A stretch of 64,000 nucleotides of DNA from the human T2T-CHM13v2.0 reference genome, Homo sapiens, in assembly GCF_009914755.1 (NCBI RefSeq), contig NC_060925.1, one strand, 5' to 3'. The translations under genes and the position numbers were made by a program. The first letter of the stretch is position 1; the number at the start of each line of letters is the position of its first letter. The notes under the pieces were generated by a model. It was given only the letters and a program-made list of their open reading frames with translations. It was not told where the DNA came from and did no database searches. Shown here in pieces: positions 1-14,249 of this stretch.

Positions 1-18
1 CAGAGCCAACATGAATAA

Positions 19-327
<309 letters not shown>

Positions 328-574
328 AAAGCTGTGTTTTTAAAGCCTCTGTCATTAGTCTTAGGTTTTGCAATCCAGGGCAATTCCTTAGCTCTCCTGA
401 GCCTCAGTTTCCTTATCTGTAAAGCAGGGTTATTAATATTAATATAGATCTCACTGAGTTGATAATGATAACCATTTGCTGAATGTTTACTATGCACCTA
501 GCTGAGGCTCAGAGGGGTGACATAACTTAGAACATTTAGCACATAGTAATTGCTTGATATTTATCATTGCATTG

Positions 575-645
575 TATCATAACCATCGTCACCATCATGA
601 TCATCATGATCATCATCATCATCAATTTTGCTTCTACCATCACCT
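575..645. repeat. Degenerate (CAT)n microsatellite
   Basis: catcatgatcatcatgatcatcatcatcatc. Confidence 0.8.
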
Positions 646-734
646 CCACCTCCCTCATTGTCACTATTTTTTTTCAGTCTACCTTTATCAAGGTCTCCTG
701 CTGGGGTTACATGGGTTATGTTTAGTGTCCATAG

Positions 735-935
735 ACTTTGGAGGCAAAGTGACATGGCTTTGAGTCCTGACTCCATTATTTACCCTCTGGATGCTCACCA
801 ACATGTTACTTCCCCTCTCTGTGCCTCAATCTTCTCTTCTATAAAATGGGGATAAAAGCGTACCTGCCTCGAAGGGTTATGGTGAAGATCAGTGAAGTGA
901 TGCATGTAAAGTACATCCTGTGTACCTGACAAATA
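735..935 (+). mobile_element. MIR
   Basis: ctctctgtgcctcaatcttctc...taaaatggggataa core. Confidence 0.75.
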
Positions 936-1207
936 TGAGCTGAAGAGACTGCCCCTGAGGATGTGTCCTTAGTGATGGTTAGGTTGAGTCTGATGCAGAA
1001 GGTCCCACAGGAGGGCCAGAAGCCATTCCATCCACAGTGTGACCTGGACCAGGCCACTTTCCTCCCTTGGACATCAATTCTGCTTTGGCAGCAGGGAGAG
1101 GGTGCTCCCTGCTCTCCCCACCTCTCAGGATCAGGAAGAGGTTAAATGGAACTGGAAAGCCATAATAGAAAGGCTTTAAGAAATCAGACCTGCTACATGG
1201 ATAAGTT

Positions 1208-1276
1208 TGATGATGATGACGACGACGACGATGATGATGATGATGGTGGTGGTGGTGGTGGTGGTGGTGGTGGTGG
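1208..1276. repeat. Compound microsatellite (TGA)4(CGA)4(TGA)4(TGG)11
   Basis: Counted directly. Confidence 0.95.
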
Positions 1277-1468
1277 CTTTGGTCCAGCCTCTGGTCAGTG
1301 TCAGCAAATTTCTTGATGTGAGGGAAAAGGAGTTGCTGGGTGCAGACAGAGGAGGGTAAAGGTCTGTTTGGAGGCTGCTCGTGTGCTGGGAAAGGGAATA
1401 TTGGAGTGCAGTGGCCGAGTGACAAGAACTCCTTCCTGAATCCTGAAAACCCCTTTCTCTCCTGCCAG

Positions 1469-1579
1469 GATGCCATGTTGGTGGCCCTTAAGAGCCTCAT
1501 GCCAGCCTGCCTCTTCAATATCATTGGGTTTGGATCCACATTTAAGAGCCTTTTTCCTTCCAGCCAGACCTACAGTGAG
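1469..1579 (+). CDS. VWA5B1: VWA5B1 coding exon, vWA domain (DAMLVALKSL...SQTYSE)
   Basis: cctgccag acceptor, GAG|gtaatg donor, 111 nt, phase 0-0; FNIIGFGS vWA strand. Confidence 0.93.
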
Positions 1580-2215
1580 GTAATGAGGGGGCAAGGCTGG
1601 GACCAGGAGGGTGGTGCATGGTGGGGAGCAGAGGAAAGGAGGGAAAGGGGAAAAAATAGTTAAAACCCTAGTGCTGGCCTCAGAAGCTGCCTACCCACAG
1701 AGAACCCAGATCACACCCGGGGGCAGAGAACTGAAGAGAAACTATCTCTGTTTGGACATTTTTCTGACATCTCAGCCTTCTGACATCCCCTCCTCTTTAG
1801 AATCAAACAATATTTTGGGCAAAGTGTGTGTGTGTACAGAAATGAGGTACGGAAAGTGGGTAGAGAGAGGACATAGCCCAGGCCTGCCACTCACTGAAGC
1901 CTCCGTTTCACAAGGATGATGGACGCATGCAAGGTTGAGCTAAGGAAGCGGCTGATAAGGAGTAGGGGAGTGAATAGGTGGATGAGTGGGCGTGGCAGCG
2001 GGCTAAGAATGGAACTCACAAGGCTCAAGATACTGTGTGAAACAAGAAGGCTGTGGCCCCAGCAGCGTGTTCAAAATTGGAGCATCCTACCCAGATCTAA
2101 GAAGAGGAAGAGAGGGAGGGAGGAAGGAAGGAAAGGAGGGAGGAAGGACAAGCAAATGGGACACTTTTCAACTAAAAATAATGTTATGAGTTTTAAAAAT
2201 GCAAGAATAATATAT

Positions 2216-2342
2216 GTTGCATGCGCTTGTAATCTCAGCTACTTGGGAGGTTGAGATGGGAGGGTCGCTTGAGCCTAGGAGCTTTGACTCCAGCCTGGGC
2301 AGGACAGTGAGACCTCATTTCTACAAACAATGACAACAACAA
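2216..2342 (+). mobile_element. Free Alu monomer (FLAM/FAM-like)
   Basis: Single Alu arm; TSD aagaataatat at 2203 and 2343. Confidence 0.75.
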
Positions 2343-2439
2343 AAGAATAATATGTATTGATCATTCCACAATGTTTAAATGTACATATCAAAAACAAATT
2401 TTTTTTAAAAAATCTCCTGTGATTATGTCAGTCAGGATA

Positions 2440-2840
2440 AAAGGAAGAAAAGACACTGCTAAGAGCTTAGTATAAATCCTTCCAGCCCTTGTTCTATGCA
2501 TTTACACACATTTTCAATAAAGATAGGATTAGGCCTTCCATACTGTTCTGTAACCTACTTTTCTAACGCAGCAGTCTATCATGAATGTATTTCCATGCCA
2601 GTAAGTATTAATCTGTAATGTAACTGTAATGGCTTCCTAGTATTTCACTACACAGATAGATTGGGACTTATTTAACAAAACCCCTGCAGTCAAGCATTAA
2701 AGTTCTTTCCATTTTATTTAGTCATCTTTGTATCACAGATTTTGCATGTATCTTTAATTATTCCCTTAGGATTAATTCCTAGCCTTGCTGGCTCAAAAGC
2801 TACACATACATCTTAAGACTTTTGAAACATGCCATTACTG
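2440..2840 (-). mobile_element. Ancient L1 (L1ME-like) 3' fragment
   Basis: Diverged antisense L1M 3' end, recognised by eye. Confidence 0.55.
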
Positions 2841-3150
<310 letters not shown>

Positions 3151-3758
3151 CATGCTGTTACTTCTAAGTCCTGTCCAAGGGTGGATGTTGAAATAGCATC
3201 CCCCTGAGCCAGGAGAAGGAGGTCACTGTATCCAGTGGGAATTTACTCTTGCTGCAAATGACATCCATCCTTGGCCAGTTGGGACCCACACAGTTGGTCC
3301 AGAGCAAGGAAATCTGAAGCCTGGATTAGAGAAATGATTTTCTCAAAATGTCACAGGGGGCTGGTGCCAGAGTCAGTCTCTGGTCTCAGATCTTAAGATT
3401 TCTAGTCCAGTGCTCTTTCCCTCACACCACCCACCTCCCTCATGAGAAAAAGAAACCTCATGTGTGCTAAGGAATCAGGGGTTTAATGTGTTCCAGGAGT
3501 GCTTCTATTTTTAAAGGAGAACCCGGAAAGGACAACTGGTTGGTGTTTCAGGCATTGGTAGGGGGTGCTGTTGAGCAGGATGACACCAAATGAGTGGCCA
3601 CCCATTCTTCCTGTGAGTGTGGGCAGGGATGAAATTGGGAGCATGGGTCAACTCTGGTGAGGCTAAAAGAAGATCTAGGGAAACAAAGTCCTCTTCCTTA
3701 GGTGGTCTAGAGTCTCTGTACCATACGGTGACACTGGGGACTGTCTGCTTCTCTGCAG

Positions 3759-3961
3759 GACAGCTTGGCCATGGCTTGTGATGACATCCAGAGAATGAAG
3801 GCCGACATGGGTGGGACCAACATCCTTTCCCCTCTCAAGTGGGTCATCAGGCAGCCAGTGCACCGAGGCCACCCGCGGCTCCTCTTCGTGATCACAGATG
3901 GCGCTGTCAACAACACAGGGAAGGTGCTGGAGCTGGTGCGAAATCACGCCTTCTCCACCAG
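3759..3961 (+). CDS. VWA5B1: VWA5B1 coding exon, vWA domain with MIDAS-type Thr/Asp (ADMGGTNI, LFVITDG)
   Basis: ctctgcag acceptor, AG|gtcggc donor, 203 nt, phase 0-2. Confidence 0.93.
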
Positions 3962-4447
3962 GTCGGCCTTGGCTGAGGGTCTAGGCTCGGTGACTCCAGG
4001 CTGCCGGGGCTGGGGCGCCAGAGCCCAAGGGCAATGTGGAAAATGCCAGAGGGAGAGGATAGGACCCACAATTCCCAAAGGGCTTTGCTTCCAAGATAGT
4101 GTGGGCTGATTTCAAAGTTCATCTTTTTCCCTCTCAAGTTCTGAATGGGTGAGCTACCCATGCCTCTGCACACGACTCACAAGAGAAGCCCAGGGAGAGG
4201 TCCCACAGCCAAGGGAGAGGCTGCTCCCGCTCTGTGCTGGGTGGGAATTAATGGACTGTCTGTGGGTGAATTGATGGGTGTGTATGTGGGTACCCCCGAT
4301 GGCCCCTCTTCCTTCTCCCTCTCCCTCTACCTGAATATAGGGCCAGCTCCAAGATCCTGCCAGACCATGCTCTGTCCCTTTCTGCATCAGGAGGCAAAGA
4401 TGCAGAGAGGATAAGACATAGCAGCCTCTCTTCTCCCTTTCCGCCAG

Positions 4448-4562
4448 GTGCTATAGCTTTGGAATTGGACCCAACGTCTGCCACAGACTGGTGAAAGGAC
4501 TGGCATCTGTGTCCGAGGGCAGTGCTGAGCTCCTGATGGAGGGGGAGCGGCTGCAACCCAAG
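4448..4562 (+). CDS. VWA5B1: VWA5B1 coding exon (RCYSFGIGPNVCHRLVKGLA...LQPK)
   Basis: ccgccag acceptor, AAG|gtaggc donor, 115 nt, phase 2-0; SFGIG vWA motif. Confidence 0.93.
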
Positions 4563-4999
4563 GTAGGCAGCAGAACCCACGCAGTCCCTTCTGGTGCTGG
4601 AACCTCAGAGGCTCAGACCAGTCACATGGCAACTCAGTGGTGGAGCTGGGATGACACCCCAAATCTGAGCTCTTCACTAGGCCACACTGCATCCCAATGA
4701 GAACCAGAGACTTGCAAGCCACAGAGCAGGCAACTCTTGAAGCAATGCCAGGACGCTAGATCCCCTGGTCTCCAGCCACTGGACACACACTCCATCCACT
4801 GCTGGACAAGATGAGGCTCCTGGAAAAGCTACCACCTATATGGATTGAAGTTGTGTTTGAGGTCCATATCTGGACATGTTCCTGATGATGACAAATGGTG
4901 GCTCAGAAGAATCTAAAGAACCCAGAAATAAAGGAGGCTATAGTCTGCTTTCCATGTCCTGCACATTTGACACGAATAATCTAACCCTTAGAAAATCCC

Positions 5000-5445
5000 C
5001 TTGTCAGTCCAGTAAACAAAGACAGGGCTGGGATTAAGAGTGAAGATGTTTATTGGGGATAGTGTCTATGAAAGGTGGAAGAGGAGGAAGCAGGAAGAAA
5101 AACTCTTCAGGCCAAGAGGCCAGTCCAACAGCTGTGAAAGGAAAATGGGAGCAGAATTGGGCAAGAGAGCCTCAAACTGTGATGCCCTGGCAGGGTCTCA
5201 GCCATCCAGCAGGGAGCTCTGGAGCAAAGGTTGCCCATCAAAGTCAGGGATGTGCTGAAATGAGCAGGATCTAGTATCCCTGCCATGCTGAATCATTGAC
5301 TTGGGGCTTCCAGGGAGAGAGATGGTCTTGGCTCAAAAGCTGGGGTGCTGCATCTGGAAGCTGTCACCTAACGGCATTTCTTGCAGCAAGAAGGCATGGT
5401 CTTTCTTGAAGAGAGATTTGAAAGCTCACCTCTATACTTGCCACA
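5000..5445 (-). mobile_element. ERVL-type solo LTR (LTR33/LTR41-like)
   Basis: tgtc...gtttattgggga...agggagctctggagc...tgccaca pattern. Confidence 0.55.
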
Positions 5446-5774
5446 ACCCCCAAGTCATTTTCTCCAGGTTTGCAGTACAGAACATCCAAGGAAATCAGTC
5501 TAGGTGATGACCACAGCTGTCATTTACTAAACACCTACCACACCTAGCGCATGTCATTTACTAAATACCTACCACATGTCAAATTCAGTATTGCAAATAA
5601 TCCTTCAACTACACCCTCCTACTTTAACAGAAGGGAAAACTGAGGCCCAGAGAGGTAAATAAATTTGCTCAAGATCATCATCCAGTCCATGGTTTGGCGC
5701 AAACCTGTGTGCCCTTGGGCTAGTCACAGCCCTACTTTGAGCCTCAGATTTTCTCATTTATAAAATGCTAAACT

Positions 5775-6132
5775 GGCCAGGTGTGCAGTGGCTCACGCCT
5801 GTAATCCCAGTACTTTGGGAGGCCTAGGAAGGTGGATCACTTGAGGCCAAGAGTTTGAGACCAGCCTGGCCAATTTGGTGAAACCCCGTCTCTACTAAAT
5901 ATACAAAAATTAGCTGGGCATGATGGCGGGTGCCTGTAATCCCAGCTACTCAGGAGGCTGAGGCAGCAGAATCACCTGAACCCAAGAGGTGGATGTTGCA
6001 CTGAGCCGAGATCATGCCACTGCACTCCAGCCTGGGTGACAGAGCCAGACTCTGTCTCAAAATAAAATAAAATAAAATAAAATAAAATAAAATAAAATAA
6101 AATAAAATAAAATAAAATAAAATAAAATAAAA
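5775..6132 (+). mobile_element. AluS with (AAAAT)~15 tail
   Basis: Full-length Alu; TSD taaaatgctaa(a/g)ct at 5761 and 6133. Confidence 0.93.
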
Positions 6133-6354
6133 TAAAATGCTAAGCTTAGAAAAGATGAAGCGAAGATGCTCCCCAACTCTGACATTCTGTGAGTCTAAGA
6201 AGCTCAGAAGTGTGCTCAGTGCTAGGCAAGTCACCACAAGGCCTACTGTCCCCTCTTCCCTGCTCCCACTCCCCACTAAGCTGATACTTACATGATCTTC
6301 TGTACACATCTCTTCTCATACATCCCCCAACTGCATTCTGACCCTGCCCTACAG

Positions 6355-6540
6355 ATGGTCAAATCCTTGAAGAAGGCCATGGCCCCAGTCCTGAGCGATG
6401 TGACTGTGGAGTGGATCTTCCCTGAGACCACTGAGGTCCTGGTCTCACCCGTCAGCGCCAGCTCCCTCTTCCCTGGAGAACGGCTGGTGGGGTATGGCAT
6501 TGTATGTGATGCTTCTTTGCACATCTCCAATCCCAGATCT
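6355..6540 (+). CDS. VWA5B1: VWA5B1 coding exon (MVKSLKKAMAP...SNPRS)
   Basis: cctacag acceptor, TCT|gtaagt donor, 186 nt, phase 0-0. Confidence 0.92.
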
Positions 6541-6744
6541 GTAAGTATCCTAGAAATTCCACGGGTCCGTGTGGGCCCAGAACCCATGCCTACAAATCAG
6601 CCTTAGCTGGAAAGACTATTTGTGACAGCTAGAAACCAACTGGAAGTGGGTTTGCAGCTGTGGGTTTACAGTTTTCCCAGTTGTGGGTTTACAGTTGCCA
6701 GGCCACAGGCATTCAATCACAGTGGCATGGCTAAGGTAGATGCC

Positions 6745-7205
6745 ACCATCTCAAAAATGTGGTTATTAAGAGCCCCTGCAGTAGAACCACTTGAAGAACT
6801 TGTTTAAAATGCACAGCTTTGGGAGGCCGAGGCAGGAAGATCACTTGAGATCAGGAACTTGAGATCAGCCTGGCCAACAGGGTGAAACCCCGTTCTCTAC
6901 TAAAAATATAACAAAATTAGCCAGACATGGTGGCAGGCACCTATAATCCCAGCTACTCAGGAGGCTGAGGCACGAGAATCACTTGAACTCGGGAGGCGGA
7001 GTTTGCAGTGAGCTAAGATCGTGCCATTGCACTCCAGCCTGGGCGACAGAGCGAGACTCCGTCTCAAAAGAAAAAAAGAATGCAGAGCCCTAGCTTCCAC
7101 CCAGGTCTGTTGAATAAGAATCCCCAAGGATAAAGCCCAGGAAACTGCATTTTACATAATTTCCCCTAAGTGATATGGTGCACACTTTAGTTCAAGAACA
7201 AATGC
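6745..7205. mobile_element. MER5-type hAT-Charlie MITE interrupted by an Alu
   Basis: cttgtttaaaatgca...gaatcc...ctgcattttt...agtgat pattern on both sides of the Alu. Confidence 0.55.
6818..7076 (+). mobile_element. AluS, 5' truncated
   Basis: Alu from ctttgggaggccgagg to the A tail; TSD aatgca(c/g)agc. Confidence 0.9.
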
Positions 7206-7469
7206 ACTCAGATTTCCTTCTCCACACACTCTAGTAAGCGCGTATCTCCTTAGATGAGTTTGTGTTTTATTTCTTTACGTGGATGATTCCCTTGTCTGTG
7301 GTGGCAGAAGTGGGATGAAAGCCAAGAACTTCTGAAAGGGAGGTGAAGTTCATGCTAAAATGTGAGAGGTTGCCAAAGAAGCTGTTTCCTCACCTATCTT
7401 TCCTCTTTCGTGAGTCTGTCCACTCTCTCTAAAGGATTTCTCATCTTGTTTTGTTTTTCAAAAAAGAAG

Positions 7470-7790
7470 TCACAAACTCAATGCCTATAGAAATTGGGCA
7501 GGTGTGGAATGAATGAAATGGACTTGGTGTAAAAATAAAAGGGGCCAATGCTGTGATGGATAGCAGTTACCACTGAGCTCACAGTTGGAAAGGCAATAGG
7601 GAGCGGTGAGGAATATGGCAAACTGGATGGCACACGCCCTGGCTAAACTGGGCAGCCCCTACGCAGCCCTAACAAAGTGCCATCATGCAGAAATGTGAGC
7701 CCTATGTTAAATGTGTGTCTCATTTTTCAGGAGAAATTGGAACTTTATGTGAAAGCTCCAGATTTTTTAATGTTATGAAATGTTTTCAGA
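7470..7790 (+). mobile_element. MER103C-like DNA transposon remnant
   Basis: caaactcaatgccta...caatagggag...ggcaaactgga...tttatgtgaaa. Confidence 0.6.
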
Positions 7791-8092
7791 ACTGTGATCA
7801 GGTTAATGGTTAATGTGTTATGGAAAATGGAGTGTTCAGCCGCAGGGAGAAAATGCTAAACAAAATGCTGGCCAAGTCCTTGCACAGTCCGGGCCTTCCT
7901 GGGAGGTCTAGAAGGCACCAGTTCATCAACAGACCCTCCCACTAGAAGGGACTGGACGCAGTCATCAAATCCATTCTCCTTTGCTTACTCAATACTGGCA
8001 ACGTTTGCCCTGCTACTGGTAGGGATAAAGAGGACCTTCACATATTGTTGGTGTAAATATAACTTGCCGCAGCCCTCCTGGGAAGCAACCTA

Positions 8093-8431
<339 letters not shown>

Positions 8432-8614
8432 TCAACCCAGAAATCCTACTCCTAGGAGTCTAGCCCATAAAAATAAAAGTGATGTAATGGATTTATGTCC
8501 AAGGATTTATTGTAGTATTTTTTATGGTGACAAAAATAAATGGCCACAAACTGAATGCTTAACAACAAGGGGTGGTAAAATATTGTGCAGTCAAATGCTA
8601 AAAAGAATGGTTGA

Positions 8615-8917
8615 GGCCAGGCCATGGTGGCTCACACCTGTAATCCCAGCACTTTGGGAGGCCAAGGTAGGTGCCTGGCTTGAGGCCAGGAGTTCAAGAC
8701 CAGCCTGGGCAACCTAGTGAGACCACTTCTCTACAAAATATAAAAATTAAAAAATTAGCCAGACGTGGTGGCATATGCTTGTAGTCCCAACTACTCTGGA
8801 AGCTGAGGCGGGAGGATTGCTCAAGCCCAGGAGTTGGAGGCTGCAGTGAACTGATGATGCCACTGCACTCCAGCCTACGTGCAGTGTGGAGACCCTATCT
8901 CTAAACAAACAAACAGA
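8615..8917 (+). mobile_element. AluJ
   Basis: AluJ-type ggaggattgctcaagcccagg. Confidence 0.9.
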
Positions 8918-9052
8918 AAGTAATAGTTGAAATGCAGAATTTCCAAAGTGTTTCAAGTGCAAAATTCAAGATACTGATAAGTGTGAGCAGTATAGCAAAG
9001 TTTTTATGAAACAAAAAATGACCCCCAACAGCTGATGTGTTATTTATACATA

Positions 9053-9543
9053 GAGGTGACCCTTGAACAATGTGGAGGTTAGGGATACTGACCCCCTATG
9101 CAGTCAAAATTTCACATATGACATTTGACTCTCTAAAAACTTAACTACTAATAGGCTACTGTTGACTGGAGGCTTTACGGATAATATAAACAGTCAATTA
9201 ACGCATATTTTGTGGGTCATATGTATTATGTGCTGTATTCTTACAATAAAGTACGCTAGAGAAAATAAAATGTTTTTGAGAAAATCATAAAGAAGAGAAA
9301 ATACATTTACTATTCATTAAGTGGAAGTAGATCATCATAAAGGTCTCCGTCGTCATTGTCTTGACATTGAGTGGCGAAGGTGGAGGGGCTGGTCTTGCTG
9401 TCTCAGAGGTGATAGAAGGGAATAAGTGGAGGAGGTGGAAGGAGAGGCAAGAGAAGCCGACACTCAGTGTAACTTTTATTGGAAAAAATCCACATATAAA
9501 TGGACCCACGCAGTTAAAGCTTGTGTTGATCAAGGGTGAACTG
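9053..9543 (-). mobile_element. Tigger2-family MITE (Tigger2a-like, TcMar)
   Basis: TIRs gaggtgacccttgaacaa / ttgatcaagggtgaactg, flanked by TA on both sides. Confidence 0.8.
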
Positions 9544-9891
9544 TATGTTTAGATCAGGGAGAATGGAATGGAAGGAACAGATGGTTTATTTTGGTAATTT
9601 CGGTTACCTATTTGGAGACAGGAGTGGCATTTAGACTTACATTTAAAAAAATTTAATGAAGTCAATAATTAAAAACATAAACAACCTAAGTGTTATGAAA
9701 CGATAATTCCATTCACCATCTCTTGAACAGAAGTTTGTCTCAATTCCCTAAGCAAACACAAAGCTTTCCTGTTGAGCTGTTTCTTCAGAGATGAAAACCG
9801 CACCACCTCTGCTCACACCCCTTGCTCCCTGCGGAAGTCCTTCCTGACACCTAGCCTCACTCCTAGCCCTCTTTTCTGTTTCTCCCTACAG

Positions 9892-10075
9892 GACAAGAGG
9901 CGCCGGTACAGCATGCTGCACTCTCAGGAGTCTGGCAGCTCTGTCTTCTACCACTCTCAGGATGACGGACCCGGGCTGGAAGGTGGAGACTGTGCCAAGA
10001 ACTCGGGGGCACCCTTCATCCTAGGGCAGGCCAAAAATGCCCGGCTAGCCAGCGGAGACTCTACCACCAAGCACG
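9892..10075 (+). CDS. VWA5B1: VWA5B1 coding exon (DKRRRYSMLH...STTKH)
   Basis: Long pyrimidine tract plus cctacag acceptor; weak G|gttcgt donor; 184 nt, phase 0-1. Confidence 0.88.
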
Positions 10076-10659
10076 GTTCGTCTGCGGCTCTGATGATTGC
10101 TGCCTTACATTGAGCACTTACTATGTGCTAAGCACTTGGTAAAAACCACCTCATTGAATAGTTAGCAGCTGCAGAGGTGGGTACTGTTATACCCACTTTA
10201 CAGATGAGGAAATTGAGACTTGGAGAATTTGAGCAACTTGACTTAGCTCATAGAGCAATAGGTAGAGTACAGACAAAGAGTCCGGATCTATCTGACTCCA
10301 AAGCCTCGTTATGGTGTTAGTTTCCATTCAAAGGGTACTTATCGATTCCTTACTAAGGTTAGGGGCTGAGAGCAACATGGGAAGCAAAGATGACTCAGAC
10401 ATGTCCCCTGCCCTTCCGGAGCTTTCCACATAGTGAGAGATACATCTGGCACTAACTCTGATAGAAAGCAGAGTGACAGGGTGCCAGGGACCCCTAGAAA
10501 ATTTAACAAACTATGGGAATCCCAGGAGAAATGAGCACATCTGCTAGAGGATATCCACAAAGACTTCACAAGGGGACTGCTTCTTAGAGGTGGGAAGGGA
10601 GAGGACGTTCCAGGCAGCAGAAACTGCCTGAGCAGCAATGTGGAGAGTGTGACACTTAG

Positions 10660-11029
<370 letters not shown>

Positions 11030-11234
11030 TGAAAGAAGCAGCAGGGAGAGTAGCTGGGAAGCTAGACTAGGGCCAGATCCGGAGAGGCTTTGGATGCCAG
11101 GGGAGGCATCTGCATATATTTCAGTAGGCAAGAGGTGGAGAACGTGAGACACTTCCAAACAGGAAAGGGGATGCAAGCCCCACTCTTTCCCTGCTGTCCC
11201 ACTCTGATGGTTCCCCATCACTATCCCTGTCCAG

Positions 11235-11425
11235 ATCTGAACCTCTCTCAGCGACGGAGGGCATACAGCACCAACCAGATCACCAATCACAAGCCCCTCC
11301 CAAGAGCCACCATGGCAAGTGACCCCATGCCAGCTGCCAAGAGATACCCACTGCGGAAAGCCAGGCTGCAGGACCTCACCAACCAGACCAGCCTGGATGT
11401 CCAGCGGTGGCAGATTGATTTGCAG
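11235..11425 (+). CDS. VWA5B1: VWA5B1 coding exon (DLNLSQRRRAYS...WQIDLQ)
   Basis: tgtccag acceptor, CAG|gtaccc donor, 191 nt, phase 1-0. Confidence 0.9.
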
Positions 11426-11699
11426 GTACCCAAGCAGGACAGATTAGGGAGGAGCTGGGGAAGGCGACAGGCAGGGGAGAGCTGTGTCCCCTGCTTCAAC
11501 CGCAGGACGTGGCCATCCACAACTTACACTGCCAAGTGAGTCACTCCCTCTTTCCTTCCCTAGGCCTTCATCTGCCTTACCTCCGAGGACACCTTCCAAA
11601 TCAGGACACCCACCGGTCAATAAGCTCGCTCATTCCCTGCACACACACTGCCCAGTTGGCAAGGAACATTTGCATGTGCTCTTTCATTTGACTTTATAG

Positions 11700-12554
<855 letters not shown>

Positions 12555-12592
12555 GCAGAGAGAATTTGAGAGTTAGAGAGCCACAGCTAGGC

Positions 12593-12802
12593 CAGGGTTT
12601 CTCAGCCTCAGCACCATGGACACGATAATTTTATATTTGGGGGCAATTCTGTGCACTGTAGAATGTTCGGCAGCATCCCTTGGCCTCTGCTCGCTAGAGG
12701 CCTCCTGGGAATAACACCATCCCCAATCATGACAACCAAAAATGTCTGCAGACACTGCCAAATGTTCCCTGGGGAGCTAAATCACCTGGTTGAGCACCAT
12801 TG
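12593..12802 (+). mobile_element. MER20 (hAT-Charlie)
   Basis: cagggtttctcagcctcagcac...gacaaccaaaaatgtctgcagacactgccaaatg...ggttgagcaccattg. Confidence 0.85.
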
Positions 12803-12848
12803 TCCTAAACCAAATTGTGGTTTCATCCATTTTATTAAGAATGGGCTT

Positions 12849-13348
<500 letters not shown>

Positions 13349-13787
13349 TTATTGAGGGACCACTTGATGCAATCAGAAGGCAACTGGCCCTGCGGTCTGG
13401 CTGACTCTGATCCTCAAACATGTCACTCCACTCTCTGAGCCCCAGCTGCCTCATCTACAAAATGGGGAGAATAGCTTAGGCACATGATTGAACTGCCATC
13501 CATCAAAAGATATTTATTGAGAGCCAACTCTAAGTGGAGGACTCTTCCAGGCATTGGCTGATAAAAGATGCAGCGCCTGGCCCAGCACCTGGCACCCAGC
13601 AGGCATCCTTGGCTGGCAGCTCTATTTGGTGAGAGCTCTGGACAGGCTGATTCCCCTTTACTTCTTTCCTGCGCGCTCCCTAGCTCTTCAGACCCATCTC
13701 TGCTCTTCTCTCGCCCCCTCCTGCCTGGCTTCTTCCCCAACCTGATGCCCCCTTATGCATGCACACGCAACACACTTATATGTGCGC

Positions 13788-13809
13788 GCACACACACACA
13801 CACACACAC
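13788..13809. repeat. (CA)n microsatellite
   Basis: Direct observation. Confidence 0.9.
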
Positions 13810-13856
13810 TCCATGCACCCTCTGGCTGGATGAAGGGCTGGATCTTAGACTCATCT

Positions 13857-13870
13857 GTTGCCATGGAAAC
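13857..13870. promoter_or_regulatory. RFX X-box GTTGCCATGGAAAC (intronic)
   Basis: 13/14 match to the X-box palindrome GTTGCCATGGCAAC. Confidence 0.6.
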
Positions 13871-14249
13871 GTTACCAGCTTCTGTTGCTCTCTGTGACCC
13901 AGTGTAGTGTTGACGGCTGGGGGAATCCTAGTGTTTGATTGGGCAAGGAGCAGAGGGTAGGGATCCCCTGGGACTTAGCAGCCCTGGCTGGGGTCATCCT
14001 GGGAGTGACCAGTCCCCTCCTTCTCCCACATCCTTGTACCCTTCCTAGGACCTCTGGCTTAGAAAGACAGAAAGGCAGCCCCCATTTAATGGGGAAGCAC
14101 GGTCCGCCTCCTAATAAATACTTGATAGGGATGGAAAAGCCCCCATGGTTAACTGTTGGCCTAAAAAACTGTTACACCTGGTAAGTGTCTTTTCGCCCTC
14201 ATCCCCTCCCCCTACCAGGGGATATATATGGTCCCAGAGGCTTCAAATT

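Noticed and set aside
979-1539. 186-aa minus-strand ORF with a poly-His/Arg run
   Set aside because: The run is the (TGA/CGA/TGG)n microsatellite read antisense; no homology or splice support
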